Shown here one piece after another: positions 1-16,087 of a stretch of DNA of 64,000 nt (positions are counted from its first letter, which is position 1; every line of letters starts with the position of its first letter). The DNA is taken from the NCBI RefSeq assembly GCF_009914755.1, contig NC_060947.1; one strand, 5' to 3'. Made by a program: the position numbers and the translations under genes. This DNA is from the human T2T-CHM13v2.0 reference genome, Homo sapiens. A model generated the notes under the pieces. It was not told where the DNA came from and searched no databases. It saw only the letters and a program-made list of their open reading frames with translations.

Positions 1-3000
1 CCTTGGTGAGTGGCTGTTACTGAGCCCATGTGTAACCTCCATCCCTGCCACCATGGCCACTTTGTTCATGGGCCCATTGGGCGATGACAGGGGTGGCTGA
101 GAAAAGAGGCTGAGTCGTGTCCACGGAACAGGTCATTATATCAAGTTCATTATTAAAATCCTCCTCTACTGAGTTCACCTGTTGTTGAGTACTCACATGG
201 GATATAAATATCTTCACAGTTTTTGATCACTTAGAGATGTCCATCCACAGACCTCTTCCCCAAGTGCCTTTGTCACCAATTTTTCAATCATGCTTCTTCC
301 AAGTCCTAGACCATCCAGCCAAACCATTGGATACAGCCCATGAATTAGTATCTAATCACACATCTGGTCCTTTCTCCTTCCATGGAAAGTGCACAACAAG
401 TTGCACTGCTCAAAGTTCTGCCCTGGGAAGATTTCCCTTCAGCCCTGTCCTTCAGAGATGTCCTAAAAAGGGGCTGTAGTGCTGCAGCTGTCCACTTTCG
501 AGTGGTGCCTGCGTATCATGCAGAACCATCTGTGAACCAGGCCCTAATCTTCTATTTCTCTGTCAATTGATCATAGGGAATGTCCCATGAGACCATCAGC
601 ACAGGCTGGGGAAGACAAGGCAGAGTGGCAGGATTGGAGACCATGGGCATTTGAGCCACTTCCTTACGTAATTTACTTGTGCCTTCAGGACCTGCTCAAG
701 CCCGATTACGTATATACCACTTCCATTTGGTGATGGAATGCTGCTGTGCACGACCCACTTTATGGATAGATAGTGTCAGAAAGCACCAAGTTCATGATAG
801 GCAGCTCAGGGCGCATGGTGACTTGATGACCCCTAGTGAAACGTTCAGTTTCCATCAAAGCCTAGTAACAGGCCAAGAGCCGGTTCTCAAAAGGAGAGTA
901 GATATCTGCAGTAGATTGCAGGGCCTTGCTCCCAAATCCTAGAGGCCTTCACTGTGATTCACCTATGGGGGCCTGCCAGAGGCTCCAAACAGCATCCATA
1001 TCTGCCGCTGACACCTCAAGCACCATTTGATCTGCTAAGTCATATGGCACAAGTGGCAGAGTGTGATGGTTAATACTGAGTGCCAACTTGATTGGATTGA
1101 AGGATACAAAATATTGATCCTGCGTGTGTCTGTGAGGGTGTTGTCAAAAGAGATTAACATTTGAGTTGGTGGGCTGGGGAAGGCAGACCCACCCTTAATC
1201 TTGTGGGCACGATCTAATCAGCTGCCAGTAAATATAAAGCAGGCAGAAAAACGTGAAAAGGAGAGAATGGCCTAGGCTTCCAGCCTACATCTTTCTCCTG
1301 TGTGGGATGCTGCCTGCCTTCAAACATCAGACTTGAAGTTCTTCAGTTTTGGGACTCAGACTGGCTCTCCTTGCTCAGCAGCTTGCAGACACCCTGTTGT
1401 GAGACCTTGTGATCATGTAAGTTAATGCTTAGTAAACTCCCCTTTATATATATTTATATGTATATCCTATTAGTTCTGTTCCTCTGGAGAAATCTAACTA
1501 AAACACAGAGCAACTTGCACAGTAGCCTGGACCTATTGCAGAGCCTTCTCCTGTTCTGGACTCCACTAAAAAATGGTAGCCTTTTGGGTCACTTGATAAA
1601 TTGACCAGATTAACACACCCAAATGTGGAATGTGTTGCCTCCAAAATCCAAATAGGCACACTAGGCCTTGTGTCTCTTTCTTGGTTGTAGGAAGGGCCAA
1701 ATTCAGCAACTTATGCTTCACCTTAGAGGAAATACGTCGACAGTCCCCACACCACTGGACCCCTAGGAATTTTACTGAGGTAGAAATTCCCTGAATTTTA
1801 GTCAGGTTTATTTCCCATCCTCTGGCATGCAAATGTCACACAAATAATTACAGTGCGTTTGCTACTTCCTGCTCACTGGATCCAGTCAGCCCAATGTCAT
1901 CTATGTAATGGACCAGGCTGATATCTTGTGGAAGCAGAAAGTGATCAAGGTATCTCCCAATAAGATTATGACACAAATCCAGAGAGTTGATATACCGCTG
2001 AGGTAGGACAGTAAAGGTATATTGATGGCCTTGCCAGCTGAAGACAAATTGCTTCTAGTGGGCCTTATGGACAGGAATGGAGGAAAATACATTTTCCAAG
2101 TCAATGGCTGCATGCCAGGTACCAGAAAATGTGTTAATTTGCTCAAGCAAAGAACCACATCTTTTACAGCAGCTGAAATTGGAGTCACCACTTGGTTAAG
2201 CTTACAACAATCCACTGTCATTTTCCAAGATCTGTTTCTCTTCTGCACAGGCCAAATGGGAGATTTGAATGGGGATGTGTTGTGAATCACCACCTCTGTG
2301 TCTTTCAAATCCTTGAGGGCGGGACTAATATTCACAATCCCTCCAGGGATGGAATATTGTTTTTGATTTACTATTTTTCTAGGTAGAGGCAGCTCTAATG
2401 GCTTCCATTTGGCCTTTCCCACCCTAATAGCCCTCACCCTACCAGACAGAGAGCCAATGAGGGTGTTCTGCCAATTATGCATTCTGACACTGAAGAAATG
2501 ACCACAAGATGAGTATGGGGACACACTGGATCATCTCTGTGACATGAGCTAAAACTCTATTAATTACCTGACCTCTATAGCCCCTACTTTAACTGGAGGA
2601 CCACTTTGACATTTTTTATCCCATGGAATCAACATTAGCTCAGAGCCAGCGTCCAGTAGTCCCAGAAACGTCTGATCATTTCCCCTTCCCCAATGCACAG
2701 TTACTCTGGTAAAAGGCCAGAGTTTTCTTTGGGGGAAGGATGGGAGAAACATTCACTGCATAAATTGTCGGTTACGTATTGTGGTCCTTTCTCAAGGGGA
2801 CCCAGCCTCCCCTTCATTCAAGAGGTTCTGGGTTTATAAACTGGCTCAGGTCTGGAAATTGATTGAGGGGGCATGATTCTCTGTTTTTATAATTTAAATT
2901 AGTCTTTTGTCCATTCAACCTGGAAAGTTTTTGCTTGTGTAAATTAAGTAGAAATGCAGTAGGCTTTCTATTAATTTCACTTCTAGAAACACCGTGATTA

Positions 3001-4235
3001 GCTAGCCAATGCCAGAACTCTACAAAAGCCAGACTATTCTGATTGCCACTTTGCCTCTGATGTCCATTACCATAGCCATGCCCACTTTGCCTTTGACTAT
3101 CAAGTGCTGCCGCTTGGTCCCTGCCACCCCGGGATCCAGTTACTCCCATTGTATTTAAATCTTGTAGTAGAGCCACTGCAGTGTCCACTGTTAGGTCTGA
3201 CATACAGAGAAGAGCAATTACAGGGCTCTTCAAATACACAGGTGCTGCCTTCGCAAATCTCTTTCACAAGTGTTGTTCAAGGGTATATCTTCTGGACCCT
3301 CCCAGCTGGGATGAATCAGTGTAAAGTGACTAATCCACACCACCATCACAATCTCCTTCAGCTTTTGGATCCCTTCCTCTACATTAACCCATGGGAAATC
3401 AAGCATTTCCAGCTCACTCACAGTGGTCCATCTTTTAATCCACATCTTAGTGAACCAAGCAAATAAACTATTAGAACTTTTTTAAAATCCCTGAGCTGCA
3501 ACATTGAATTCGGAATTCATACTAAGTGGGCCTGAATCAATAAATTCAGCCTGATCCAACTAAATGTTCTTTCCACCATTATGCCATACCCTTAATATCC
3601 ATTCCCATGCCTATTCTCCAGATTTCTGTTTATGTAAATCAGAAAACTCAAGCAGTGCTTTTCAAGTGTGGTGCACCTCCTCATAGGTGACACTCAGATC
3701 TTCACCTCTAGGGGCCCACTGAGACTTTAGTCTAGTTATAGGTCTGGAAGCAAACAGAGGTGTTGGGGGTAGCTCCTGAGGAGAATCAACCTTATTTTGC
3801 CTGGCAACTGCCTCAGGGGAGGCCATCACTGTTGCTTCAGGCAGTGCAGAGTTTATCTCCTCAGACAAAGGTGGAAAGACTGATGGCAGCATGGGTCAGG
3901 AAGGGGATGTTGCCACTACTAGAATAAAGAAGCTGTTTTTTTTGTTTTTGTTTTTGTTTTTTATGGCAAGAAAAGTTCATCAGAGTTTACAAGCTCAGTG
4001 TCCCCAGCTTAATCAGAGTCCTTCCACATGTTCCTATTCCAAGTTGCAAGTTTACATTCTTTTTCAATCAATGTCCTCACTTTAACAGTAGATACCTGGC
4101 AAGGCTGGGTATGCACCTTTCATTGCAGGTAAGCCACTCGCATGATAAGAGCTTGTGTCTGATTTTCCACAATTTCATCTCTTTCTCTACAGGAGATAAG
4201 ACTCTCACTCAGAGCAATCTTAGCAGATTTGAGGG
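1..4235 (-). mobile_element. HERV-L (ERVL) internal region, degenerate gag-pro-pol; continues beyond the left window edge
   Basis: Minus-strand ORF fragments: gag-like (2814-3892), protease LLDAGSE (2564-2752), RT (SPIWPVQK; YIDD at 1896-1907; VKFLGVQW), RNase H/integrase N-terminus (HEQSGHGGRDG, 17-217). Multiple frameshifts and stops. Confidence 0.93.
1062..1505 (+). mobile_element. MLT2A (MLT2A1-like) solo LTR inserted in HERV-L pol
   Basis: Starts TGTGATGGTTAATACTGAG, ends ...CTAACTAAAACA; 444 bp; 5-bp TSD CAGAG at 1057-1061 and 1506-1510. Confidence 0.92.
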
Positions 4236-4299
4236 AACACCCTCACAGATACACCCAGGATCAATATAATCAAGTTGACACTCAATATTAACCATCACA
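4236..4299 (-). mobile_element. Remnant of the HERV-L 5' LTR (MLT2), deletion-fused to gag
   Basis: Reverse complement reads TGTGATGGTTAATATTGAGTGTCAACTTGATT...CCTGGGTGTATCTGTGAGGGTGTT, then jumps directly into internal sequence. Confidence 0.85.
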
Positions 4300-4679
4300 G
4301 CTTTTCATCCAGAACTGTATAAGTAAGAAAGAATGATATACTTCCATTAACAGGTAAAATATTTTTGAAATACCTCCTAAATTAAATTTATTTATTGGTA
4401 GGCCAATATCTCCCTTCAAACCTTTTCAATAAGTCATAGCCATCATATTGGTTTAGGAAAAAACAATATATAATGTTGAGCACATGCAAAACGTGAAACT
4501 TTTCCCATTTGGCCCAGGAATAATGGCAAAAAGTACTAGATAGACAGAAAGTAGAATTCCTCTTTTCACATCTGGGAGGATTCTGGAGAAAACAAGATAG
4601 AGCAATTTGAATAAAGTCAGATGTCAGGATTCTTATCCACATTCCCAACCCCCAACTCCAAATTGATTCGGAACTTCAT

Positions 4680-4682
4680 GGT

Positions 4683-4722
<40 letters not shown>
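4680..4722. repeat. (TG)n microsatellite
   Basis: About 20 GT units seen directly. Confidence 0.95.
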
Positions 4723-4724
<2 letters not shown>

Positions 4725-4813
4725 TATGGTCGGTGTCTCTAGAGCTATCTAAGTATATATAGAAGAGATTTAAGATATTAAGCTTCGTGTCTCATTTTCT
4801 CAAGTATAGTAGG

Positions 4814-5522
4814 TAATATGGACTGAATTGTGTCTTGCCCAGATTTATTTATTGAAGCCCGCACCCCCAATGTGATTGTATTTGGAGATAAGATTTTCAA
4901 AAGGTTATTCAGATCAAATTAGGTCATAAATGTGAGATCCCCATCCCATAGAGCTGGTGACCTTATAAGAAGAGGAAGAGAAAGAGAAAGAAATTCATTT
5001 CCACCCCCAACCCCTGTACACAGAGAAAAAAGTCCATGTGAAGACACAGCTAAAAAGAAGCTGGTTTTCTGTTTGTTTGTTTGTTTTGAGACGGAGTCTC
5101 GCTCTGTCACCCAGGCTGGAGAGCAATGGCGCGATCTCGGCTCATTTCAACTTCTGCCTCCCAGGTTAGAGCTATTCTCCTGCCTCAGCCTCCTGAGTAG
5201 CTGGGATTACAAGTGTGTGCCCAGGTAATTTTTGTATTTTTAGTAGAGACGGGGTTTCACCATGTTGGTCAGGCTGGTCTCGAACTCCTGACCTCATGAT
5301 CCACCCGCCTCGGCCTCCCAAAGTGCTGGAATTACAGGCATGAGCCACCACGCCCGGCCGAAAGCAGCTGGAAGCCAGGAAGAGAACACTCACCAGGTAC
5401 CAAATAGGATGGAACTTGATCTTCGGTATCCAAGACTGCAGAACTGTAAGAAAATAAATATCTGCTGTTTATGCATCCTGGTCTGTGGTATTTTGTTGTG
5501 GCAACCTGCACTAACTGAGACA
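4814..5522 (+). mobile_element. MaLR solo LTR (MLT1A/MSTD-like), interrupted by an Alu
   Basis: ATGGACTGAATTGTGTC...CCCCAATGTGATTGTATTTGGAGAT...CCTTATAAGAAGAGG; 3' part AGAACTGTAAGAAAATAAAT...CTAACTGAGACA. Confidence 0.8.
5065..5359 (-). mobile_element. AluS (Sg-like)
   Basis: Full dimer with (TTTG)n tail; degenerate TSD AAAG(A/C)AGCTGG on both sides. Confidence 0.95.
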
Positions 5523-8354
5523 GTGGGGTAGGTTGGTAAGTCTCTAACAGCCCCATCCACTGTTGTTTTCAACATGGTAAGAGATAAATTGGTGGGTGCC
5601 ACATATATAGATGAGCCTGAAGCAGTGTTCTTGGTTCCTCAAATGTACACAAATACAAAGGATTCAGAAGTTGTACTGTACTTCAGTAAGGTGCCTTGGA
5701 AGTGCTAAGAGTTTAGGTGGATAACCCAAGGAATGTATTCAGGAAAATGAGATTGTTTTTGATGATGACACTGAGTCTTTGAATAAGTGGCTGAACCATT
5801 AGCTGTCTAAATAAGACACAGCCCATCACTCCAAAAACCAAATATGATTTATCTTATTTTAGAACTCACCAGTACAGAGATCAAATAAGTCTAGCTGCTC
5901 TTCAGCAGGGATCTGCAAAGATCCAGAGACCAACCACCACAATTAATTAAATTGCATGAGCAGATTGTTCCTTGAACTATCAGGATTCCATCTTGTAAGA
6001 GATAATTGGAGGAAATCTTAGACTAAGAACTTACCTCAGTCTATTATTATAAAGTGAGTAATATCAAGTAAATGCTTAAATTATTGAATTGGTCTCACAC
6101 TGAGTTTGGCAGAAAAATGATTTACTAGTTTTCTCTTCGTTTATGTCTGACCAAGTTGTCCAATGGATGGGAGTCTGTCAGAAATACTGGATTGTTAATT
6201 TCTGGAGAAAATGAAGAAGTTACATTGTATTTGCACACTTTAAAATACTGTGAATAAATTTTTAAATTGCAATACATTTTTTTCCTTGAGGTTTTCATTT
6301 CCCTGTGGTAAAACAAATAAATAAATAAAATGAAATTCCTATTAAGGATCCTAAGGATCACCTCTAAGCAATTGGTAGTTGCTGGTTGAAGTGTTGGGCT
6401 AAAAAAGATTCTATGGCTTCATCTTTGCTCAGAGGAAATAAATGCCATTGTTGATGACGGGTGTTTGCCCTAGAAATGGCATGGTGTAACAGAAGTGCAC
6501 CTGCTTAGTAGTGACAATGGCTTTTGCTAATGTGATGTAGTTGGTCTCCACGTAGAAAGACTTTTCTCAACCTAACACTTGACATTTCTTTAAGGTGCTA
6601 TTAGCTCCCTCGATATGAGTGAAACACTGTATCTACCTCTTTATTCTAGGTGGAAGACATACTGCACTTTCAGAGTTAACTGTTCTTTTATTTGGGAAAA
6701 TGTCTTGATGCCACTTTATGAACATCTTGGATTGTTGAAGGACCTTATTTGCTCACAGTAGTGTTTAAGTCAGGTTAACAGGGGTTTTCAGGAAACATAA
6801 ATAAATTCTGCATCAGAGGTGACCCAAACAGTTTCTTGCTTTTTTTTTATTGCTGTGTTTTTGCTTTTTTTTCGTGAGAATTATCCATTCTAGATACCAA
6901 CTACCTCATTTTTTTGCTTTGTTTATTTTAAAGATTTCAACTTTTATTTTAGATATAGGGGGTACATGTGCAGAGTTGTTCATGGAAATGTTGCATGACG
7001 CTGAGATTTCTAGTGTGGATCCCATCACCCAAGTAGTGAGCATAGTACCTGATAGGTAGTTTTTTAACCCATCTCTCCTTCCACTCTCTAGTCATCCACA
7101 GTGTCTATTGTTCCCATATATGTGTCCACATGTGCCCACTGTGTAGCTCCCACTTATAAGTGAGAACATGTGGTATTTGGTTATCTGTTCCTGCATTAAT
7201 TTGCATAGGAGTACGGTATCCAGCTTCATCCATGTTGCTGCAAATGTCCTTATTTCATTATTGTTAATAGCTATGTGGTAGTATTCAATGGTGTATATGT
7301 ATCACATTTTCTTCACCCAGTTTACTATTGATGGGCACCTAGGATGATTCTATGTCTTAACTATTGTTAATAGCATGGCAATGAATATATGAGTGTGTGT
7401 GTCTTTTGGGTAGAATGACTTATGTTCCTTTGGGTATATACCCAGTAATGGGATTGCTTGGGGAATGGTAACTCTGTTTCAAGTTTTTTGAGAAATCTCC
7501 AGACTGCTTTCCACAATGGCTAGACTGATTTACTTTCCGACTAACAGTGTATAAGCAATTCCTTTTCTCTGTAGCCTCACCAGCATCTGCTGTTTTTTTG
7601 ACTTTTTATTAATAGCTCTTCTGACTGCTGGGAGATGGTGTCTCATTGTGGTTTTAATTTGCATTTTTAAATGATTAATGATGGTGAGTATTTTGTATAT
7701 GTTTTTGGGCACTTGTATGTCTTCCAGAAGGGTTCATGCCCTTTGCCCATTTTTTATGGGGTTGTTTCTTAGTTTGTTGATGTGTTTAAGTTCCCTATAG
7801 ATTCTTGATATTAGGCCTTTGTCAGATACATAGTTTGCAAATATCTTCTCCCATTCTGTAGGTTGTTTCCTCTGTTGATAGTTTCTTTTGCTGTGCAGAA
7901 GCTGCTTAGTTTAATTAGGTTCCATTTGTCTATTTTTGTTTTAGTTGCAAATGCTTTGGGGGAGTTAACCAAAAATTCTTGGCCAAAGCTGATGTTGAGC
8001 AGGGTATTTCCTAGGTTGCCTTCTAGGACTTTTTACAGTTTAAGGTCTTACATTTAAATCTTTAATCTGTTTTGAGTTTATTTTTGTATATGGTGAAAGG
8101 TCACTGTCTGGTGTCAACCTTCGGGATATGGTTAGCCAGTTATCCCAGGACCATTTATTTAATACAGACTCCTTTTCCCATTGCTTGTTTTTGTTAACCA
8201 TGTTTAAGATCAAATGGTTGTAAGTGTGCAGCTTTATTTCTGAGTTTTCTATTCTGTTCTATTAGTCTACATGTCTGTTTTTGTATCTGTATCATGCTGT
8301 TTTGTTTACTGTAGCTTTATAGTGTAGTTTGTAGTTGGGTAGCGTGGTGCCTCC

Positions 8355-8357
<3 letters not shown>

Positions 8358-8386
<29 letters not shown>
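8358..8386. repeat. poly(T) tract (29 nt) inside L1 ORF2
   Basis: Seen directly. Confidence 0.9.
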
Positions 8387-8389
<3 letters not shown>

Positions 8390-9103
8390 TACAATTGCTC
8401 TGGCTATTTAGGCTCTTTTTGATTCCATATAAATTTTAGAATACTTTTTCTAATTCTGTGAAGAATGATATTGATAATTTGATAGAAATAGCATTGCATT
8501 TGTAAATTGCTTTGGCAGCATGGTCATTTCCATGATATTAATTCTTCTAATCAACGAGAATGGAGTGTTTTTCCATTTATTTGTGTTGTCTCTGATATCT
8601 TATGGTAAGGATTTGTAGTTTTCCTTGTAGAGATCTTTCACTTCCCTGATTAGTTGTATATCTAGGTATTTTATTCTTTTTGTGGCTATTGAAGTGGGAT
8701 TGTGTTCTTTATTTCATTCTCATGTAGATATTGTTGGTATATAGAAATGCTACAGATTTTTGTACATAGATTTTGTATCCTGAAACTTTACTGAGAACAT
8801 TTATCAATTCTAGGAGCCTTTAGGCAGAACCTTTAGGATTTTCGAGCTCTAGAATCCTATTGTCAGTAAAGAGAGAAGGAGTTTGACTTCATTTTTTTTT
8901 TCTATTTGGATGCCTTTTATTTCTTTCTTTTGTGCGATTGCTCTGTCTAGGACATCTAGTACTATGTTGAGTAGAGGTGGTGAGAGTGGGTATCCTTATC
9001 TTGTTGTACTTCTCAAAGGGAATGTTTTGAGGTTTTGCTCATTCAGTATGATGTTGGCTGTGGGTTTGTCATAGATGGCTCTTCTTATTTTTAGGTATGT
9101 TCC

Positions 9104-11718
<2,615 letters not shown>

Positions 11719-14700
11719 GTTCATTTGATGCCTAGCCTGTTGAAGGTGTTTTTGTCACAAAGGGATGTTGGATTTTATAGAAAGCTTTATCTTTGTTTTT
11801 TTTCTTTTTGATGATCATATGGGTTTTGCTTTTGATTCTGTTTATGTGGTGAATCACATTTATTGATTTGCATATGTTGAACCATCCTCGCATCCCACGA
11901 ATAAAGCTTACTTGATCAAGCTGCATTATCTTTCGATGTGCTGCTATGTTTAATTTGCTAGTATTGTGTTGAAGAGTTTTGCATTTATGTTCATGAGGGA
12001 TATTGATCTAAATTTTTTTTCTTGATTGTATCTCTGCCAGTTTGGGGTATCAGGCTGATGCTAGCTTCATTGAATAAATTATGGAAGAGCTCTTCCACCT
12101 CAAATTTTAGGAATATTTTCAGTACTACTGGTATCTGTTCTTCTTTGTATGTCTGGTAGAATTTAGCTGTGAGTGCATCTTGTCCAAGGCTTTTTGTGGG
12201 TGGCAGGTTTTCTATTACTAGTTCAATTTCAGAAGTTGATATTGGTCTATTCAGGTTTTCAATCTGTTCTGGATTCAGTCTTGTGAGATTGTTTGCTTCT
12301 AGAAATTTATACATTTTCTCTAGGTTTTCTATTTTTTGTGCATAAATTGTTCAGTGTTGTCTCTGAACATCTTTTGTATTTCTGTGGGATCAGTTGTAAC
12401 AGAGCCTTTGTTGTTTCTGATTGTGATTATTTGGATCTTATCTTTCTTTGTTAATCTAGCTAGGGGGTCTATCAATCTTATTTATTTCTTGTTTTTGAAG
12501 AACCAATTTTTATTTCATTGATATTTTTCATGGAGTTTTGTGTCTCAATTTCATTTTGTCATTTTCTAATTTTAGGTGTTTCATTTCTTCAGCTAGCTTT
12601 GGGCTTGTTCTTTTTTCTAGTTTCTTACAGTGAAAAGTTAGATTGTTAATTTGAGATCTTTCTAACTTCTTGATGAAAGCATGTAGAGATATAAACTTTC
12701 CTCTTAATACTGCATTGGCTGCATCCCAGAGATTTTAATAAGTTGTGTCCCTATTTACATAAATTTCCAAGAATTATTTGATTTCTGCCTTAATTCTGAT
12801 GTTCACCCAGGAGTTATTCCGGAGTAAGTTGTTTAATTTCCATGTATTTGTGTAGTTTTGGGAGATCTTAGTATTGATTTCTATTCTTATTGCAATGTGG
12901 TCCAAGAGTGTACTTGGTATGACTCCAATTTTTTGAATTCACTGATGCCTGCTTTATGACCTAGCATGTGGTTGATCTTAGAATATGTTCCATGTGCAGA
13001 AGAGAAGAAGGGAGATTCTGTGGTTATTGAGTGGAATGTTCTGTATACATCTATTAAGTTCAGCTGATCAAGTGTTGACTTTAAGTCCAGAGTTGTTTTT
13101 TTAGAGTTTTGCCTGTCTAACTCTCAGTGGGGTGTTAAAGTTTGCCACTATTGTGTGGTTGTCTATTTCTTTTCATAGACCAAGAAGAACTTGTTTTATG
13201 CATGTGAGTGCTTCAATGTTGGGTGCATATATATTTAGGATAGTTAAGACTTCTGGTTGGATTGTATTGTTTTTCATTAAGCAATGCCTTTCATTTTCTT
13301 CTTAATTTTGTTGCTGTTGTTGTTTGTTTAAAGGCTGTCTTATCTGATATAAGAATAGTGACTTCTGGACATTTTTGTTATTTGTTTGGATGTTAGATCT
13401 TACTCCAGCCTTTTACTTTGAGCCTGTGGGTACCATTACATGTGAGATGCATCTCTTGAAGACAACAGAAATTGAGTCTTGTATTTTCATCTAACCTACC
13501 ACTCTGTGTCTTTTAAGTGGGAGCATTTAGCCTATTTACATTATATGTTAATATTGATATGTGTGATTTTGATTTGGTCATCACTATCGTTTCATTAGCT
13601 GGTAGTTATATAGAGTTGATTACATAGTTGCTTTATAGTGCCTGTGGGCTATGTCCTTAAGTGTGCTTTTCTGGTACCAGGTATCATTCTTTTTAGTGCA
13701 TATTTAGCACTCTGTTAAGGACATCTTGCAAGATTTGTCTTGTTAAAACATATTCCCTCAGCATTTTGCTTGTCAGAGAAGGATTTCATTTCTCCTTCAC
13801 TCAAGAAGCTTAGTTTGGCAGAATATAACATTCTTGGTTGAAATTTATTTTCTTTAAGACACGGACAATAGGCCTCTAATCTCTTTGGGTTTGTAAGGCT
13901 TCTGCTGAGAGTTCTGCTGCTAGCCTGATGAGGTTCCCTCTGTAGGTTACCTGCCCCTTCTCTCTAGCTGCCTTTACGATTTTTTATTTTACATTGTCCT
14001 TGGTGAATTGATGACTATGTTCCTTGTAGATGATCATCTTGTATAGTATCTACCTGGGGTTCTCTGTAATTCTCCAATTTGCATGTCAACCTCTAGAGAG
14101 ATTAGGAAAATTTTGGGGGACTATATCATCAAATATAATTTCCAAGTTGCTGTTATCTCTAATTATCTCTTAGGATTGTCAGTGAGTTATAAATTTGTTC
14201 TCTTTACATAATCCCACATTTCTCAAAAATTTTATTTTTCTTAATTATTTTTTGTTTGTTTGTCTGTTGTTATTTTTGTCTAACTGAGTTGATTTGAAGA
14301 ACCAGTTTTGAATTCTGAGATTCTTTCCTCAGCTTGGTCTATTTTGCTGTTAACACTTTTGATCATATTATAAAATTCTTGTAGTGAATTTTTCAGCTCA
14401 AGAAGTTCAGTTTCAGTCTTTCTTAACATGACTATTTTGTCTTTCAGGTCTTGAATTGTTTTACTGGGTTGCTTGGCCTTTTTGAATTGAGTTTCAACAT
14501 TCTCCTTGATCTCAATGAACTTCATTGATATCTCAGTTCTTAATTCCATGTCTGACATTTCAGAAAATTTAGACTCGTTAATAATTGTTGCTGGGGTGTT
14601 ATATATTGGCTCATTTGGAGGTAAGGGGACACTCTCTGGCTTTTTGAATTGCCAGAATTCTTGTGCAGAATCTTTCTCATTCAGGAGGGCTGGTATTCCT

Positions 14701-15773
14701 TTAATTGTGATGTAAATTAAGTCCATTGTTTTAATTTCAGGATGATTTCAGAGAGCTAAGTCTCTGTACAGGGTCTTTGTTGTTGAATTCTTGCTCTTGG
14801 TTTTGCAGAATGAGGATAGAGGGAGGAATTAGTAAAGTGATTTTTGGTGTTGTAGTTTGGACTTCAATTCAGTAGATGGCACTTGAGAGCAATGGGCAGT
14901 GAATGGGACCTTAGCCTTTCAGTTTCTTTTTGTGTACTTGTGTTTGCAACTGTGTTTTGTGGTACAAGGGGGAGAGAGGTGACCCCCATAAAAGATCTGC
15001 TCATGGGCCTTAGGGAGCCACTTTCAATTAACGGCACTGTGCACACAATTTTTATTGTCGTCACTAGGTATTTCAGGCTGCAGGGGTCCTTTGGGGAGAG
15101 GTCTGGTAGGGAAATAGGACACACTCTTACCAGACCAGCACTGTGGAGGGAGGCATGTCTAGGTCCCACACCAGCCTGTGAACCTTTGTGATTTACCCCT
15201 CTCAATTTTCTGAAAGTGTGGGCTCCTTCCCCATTGAAGTGCTTATCACAGCTCACAGCACCCAGGTTGGCACTCCTGAGCTCCATGCCACAGCCCTGAG
15301 GTGCCAGAACCTGCTTGTGGCTCCCTATTCTGGATTCTCGGGGTGGTGGTTCTGGTGTGATAGAGTATCTGCAGGGCTCCCAGGCTTCTGTAGTTCACTC
15401 GGGTGGAACAACGCAGCCAGGCCTGGCATCCAGGGCTTCACTGTATACTTAATCCTATGAGGTAATATGAGGTGACCAAGCAGGGGTCCTGGGAAGGGCT
15501 GGCAGGCAGACAGACTTGCAGGACATATGTGCTCCAGTCCTGTGGCAGAAGCAGGCCCTGCTTTCTCCTCAGCAGGTAGCTGGGTGCAGAGCCTCTCAGA
15601 GGGAGATGGGCAGCCCTAGAGGGTAGGCACTGATGACCAGGATCCGCTGGAGCTGACTCGTGCTGAAAGGTCCCCAGCTCAGTGCCTGCTGCAGCTCTGT
15701 ATTTAATCTCTATGGAGATTACCCCTGAGAGCTCACACTTCCTTGGGGTTCTGGGTTTCCCTGCAGCAGCTAG

Positions 15774-16087
15774 TGAGACAGCCAGCTGGGAAGGGGTCCC
15801 TGGAGACTCTAACCAGCCTGCCCACTGGGGTGGAGCCTGGGGAAGTTCATGCTATTTGCAGCAGGGAGGAACCTGGCTCCTCCTCTTCCTGTGTGGAACC
15901 TGGGATCCAAGCTGCCAGGCAGGAAGCACTCTAAGGGAGTGCTTTTCTGTTTGCCCCTTTGTTCCCTTTTCACCCAATAAAACCCTGCTTTACTCACCCT
16001 TTAAGCCATCTGCGAGCCTAAAGTTTTGTGGCTCTTGGACAGACAAGAACCCCGTCTTTAGCTGAACTAAGGAAAAGTCCTGCAACA
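15774..16087 (+). mobile_element. ERV1 solo LTR (MER61-like) in the L1 5'UTR
   Basis: TG...CA termini (TGAGACAGCC...CCTGCAACA), internal AATAAA, 4-bp TSD CTAG (15770-15773 and 16088-16091). Family name from recall. Confidence 0.8.

Noticed and set aside
4932-5393. Alu-derived ORFs (also 10477-10741, 42496-42780, 44490-44928, 62644-62958)
   Set aside because: Standard spurious Alu translations.
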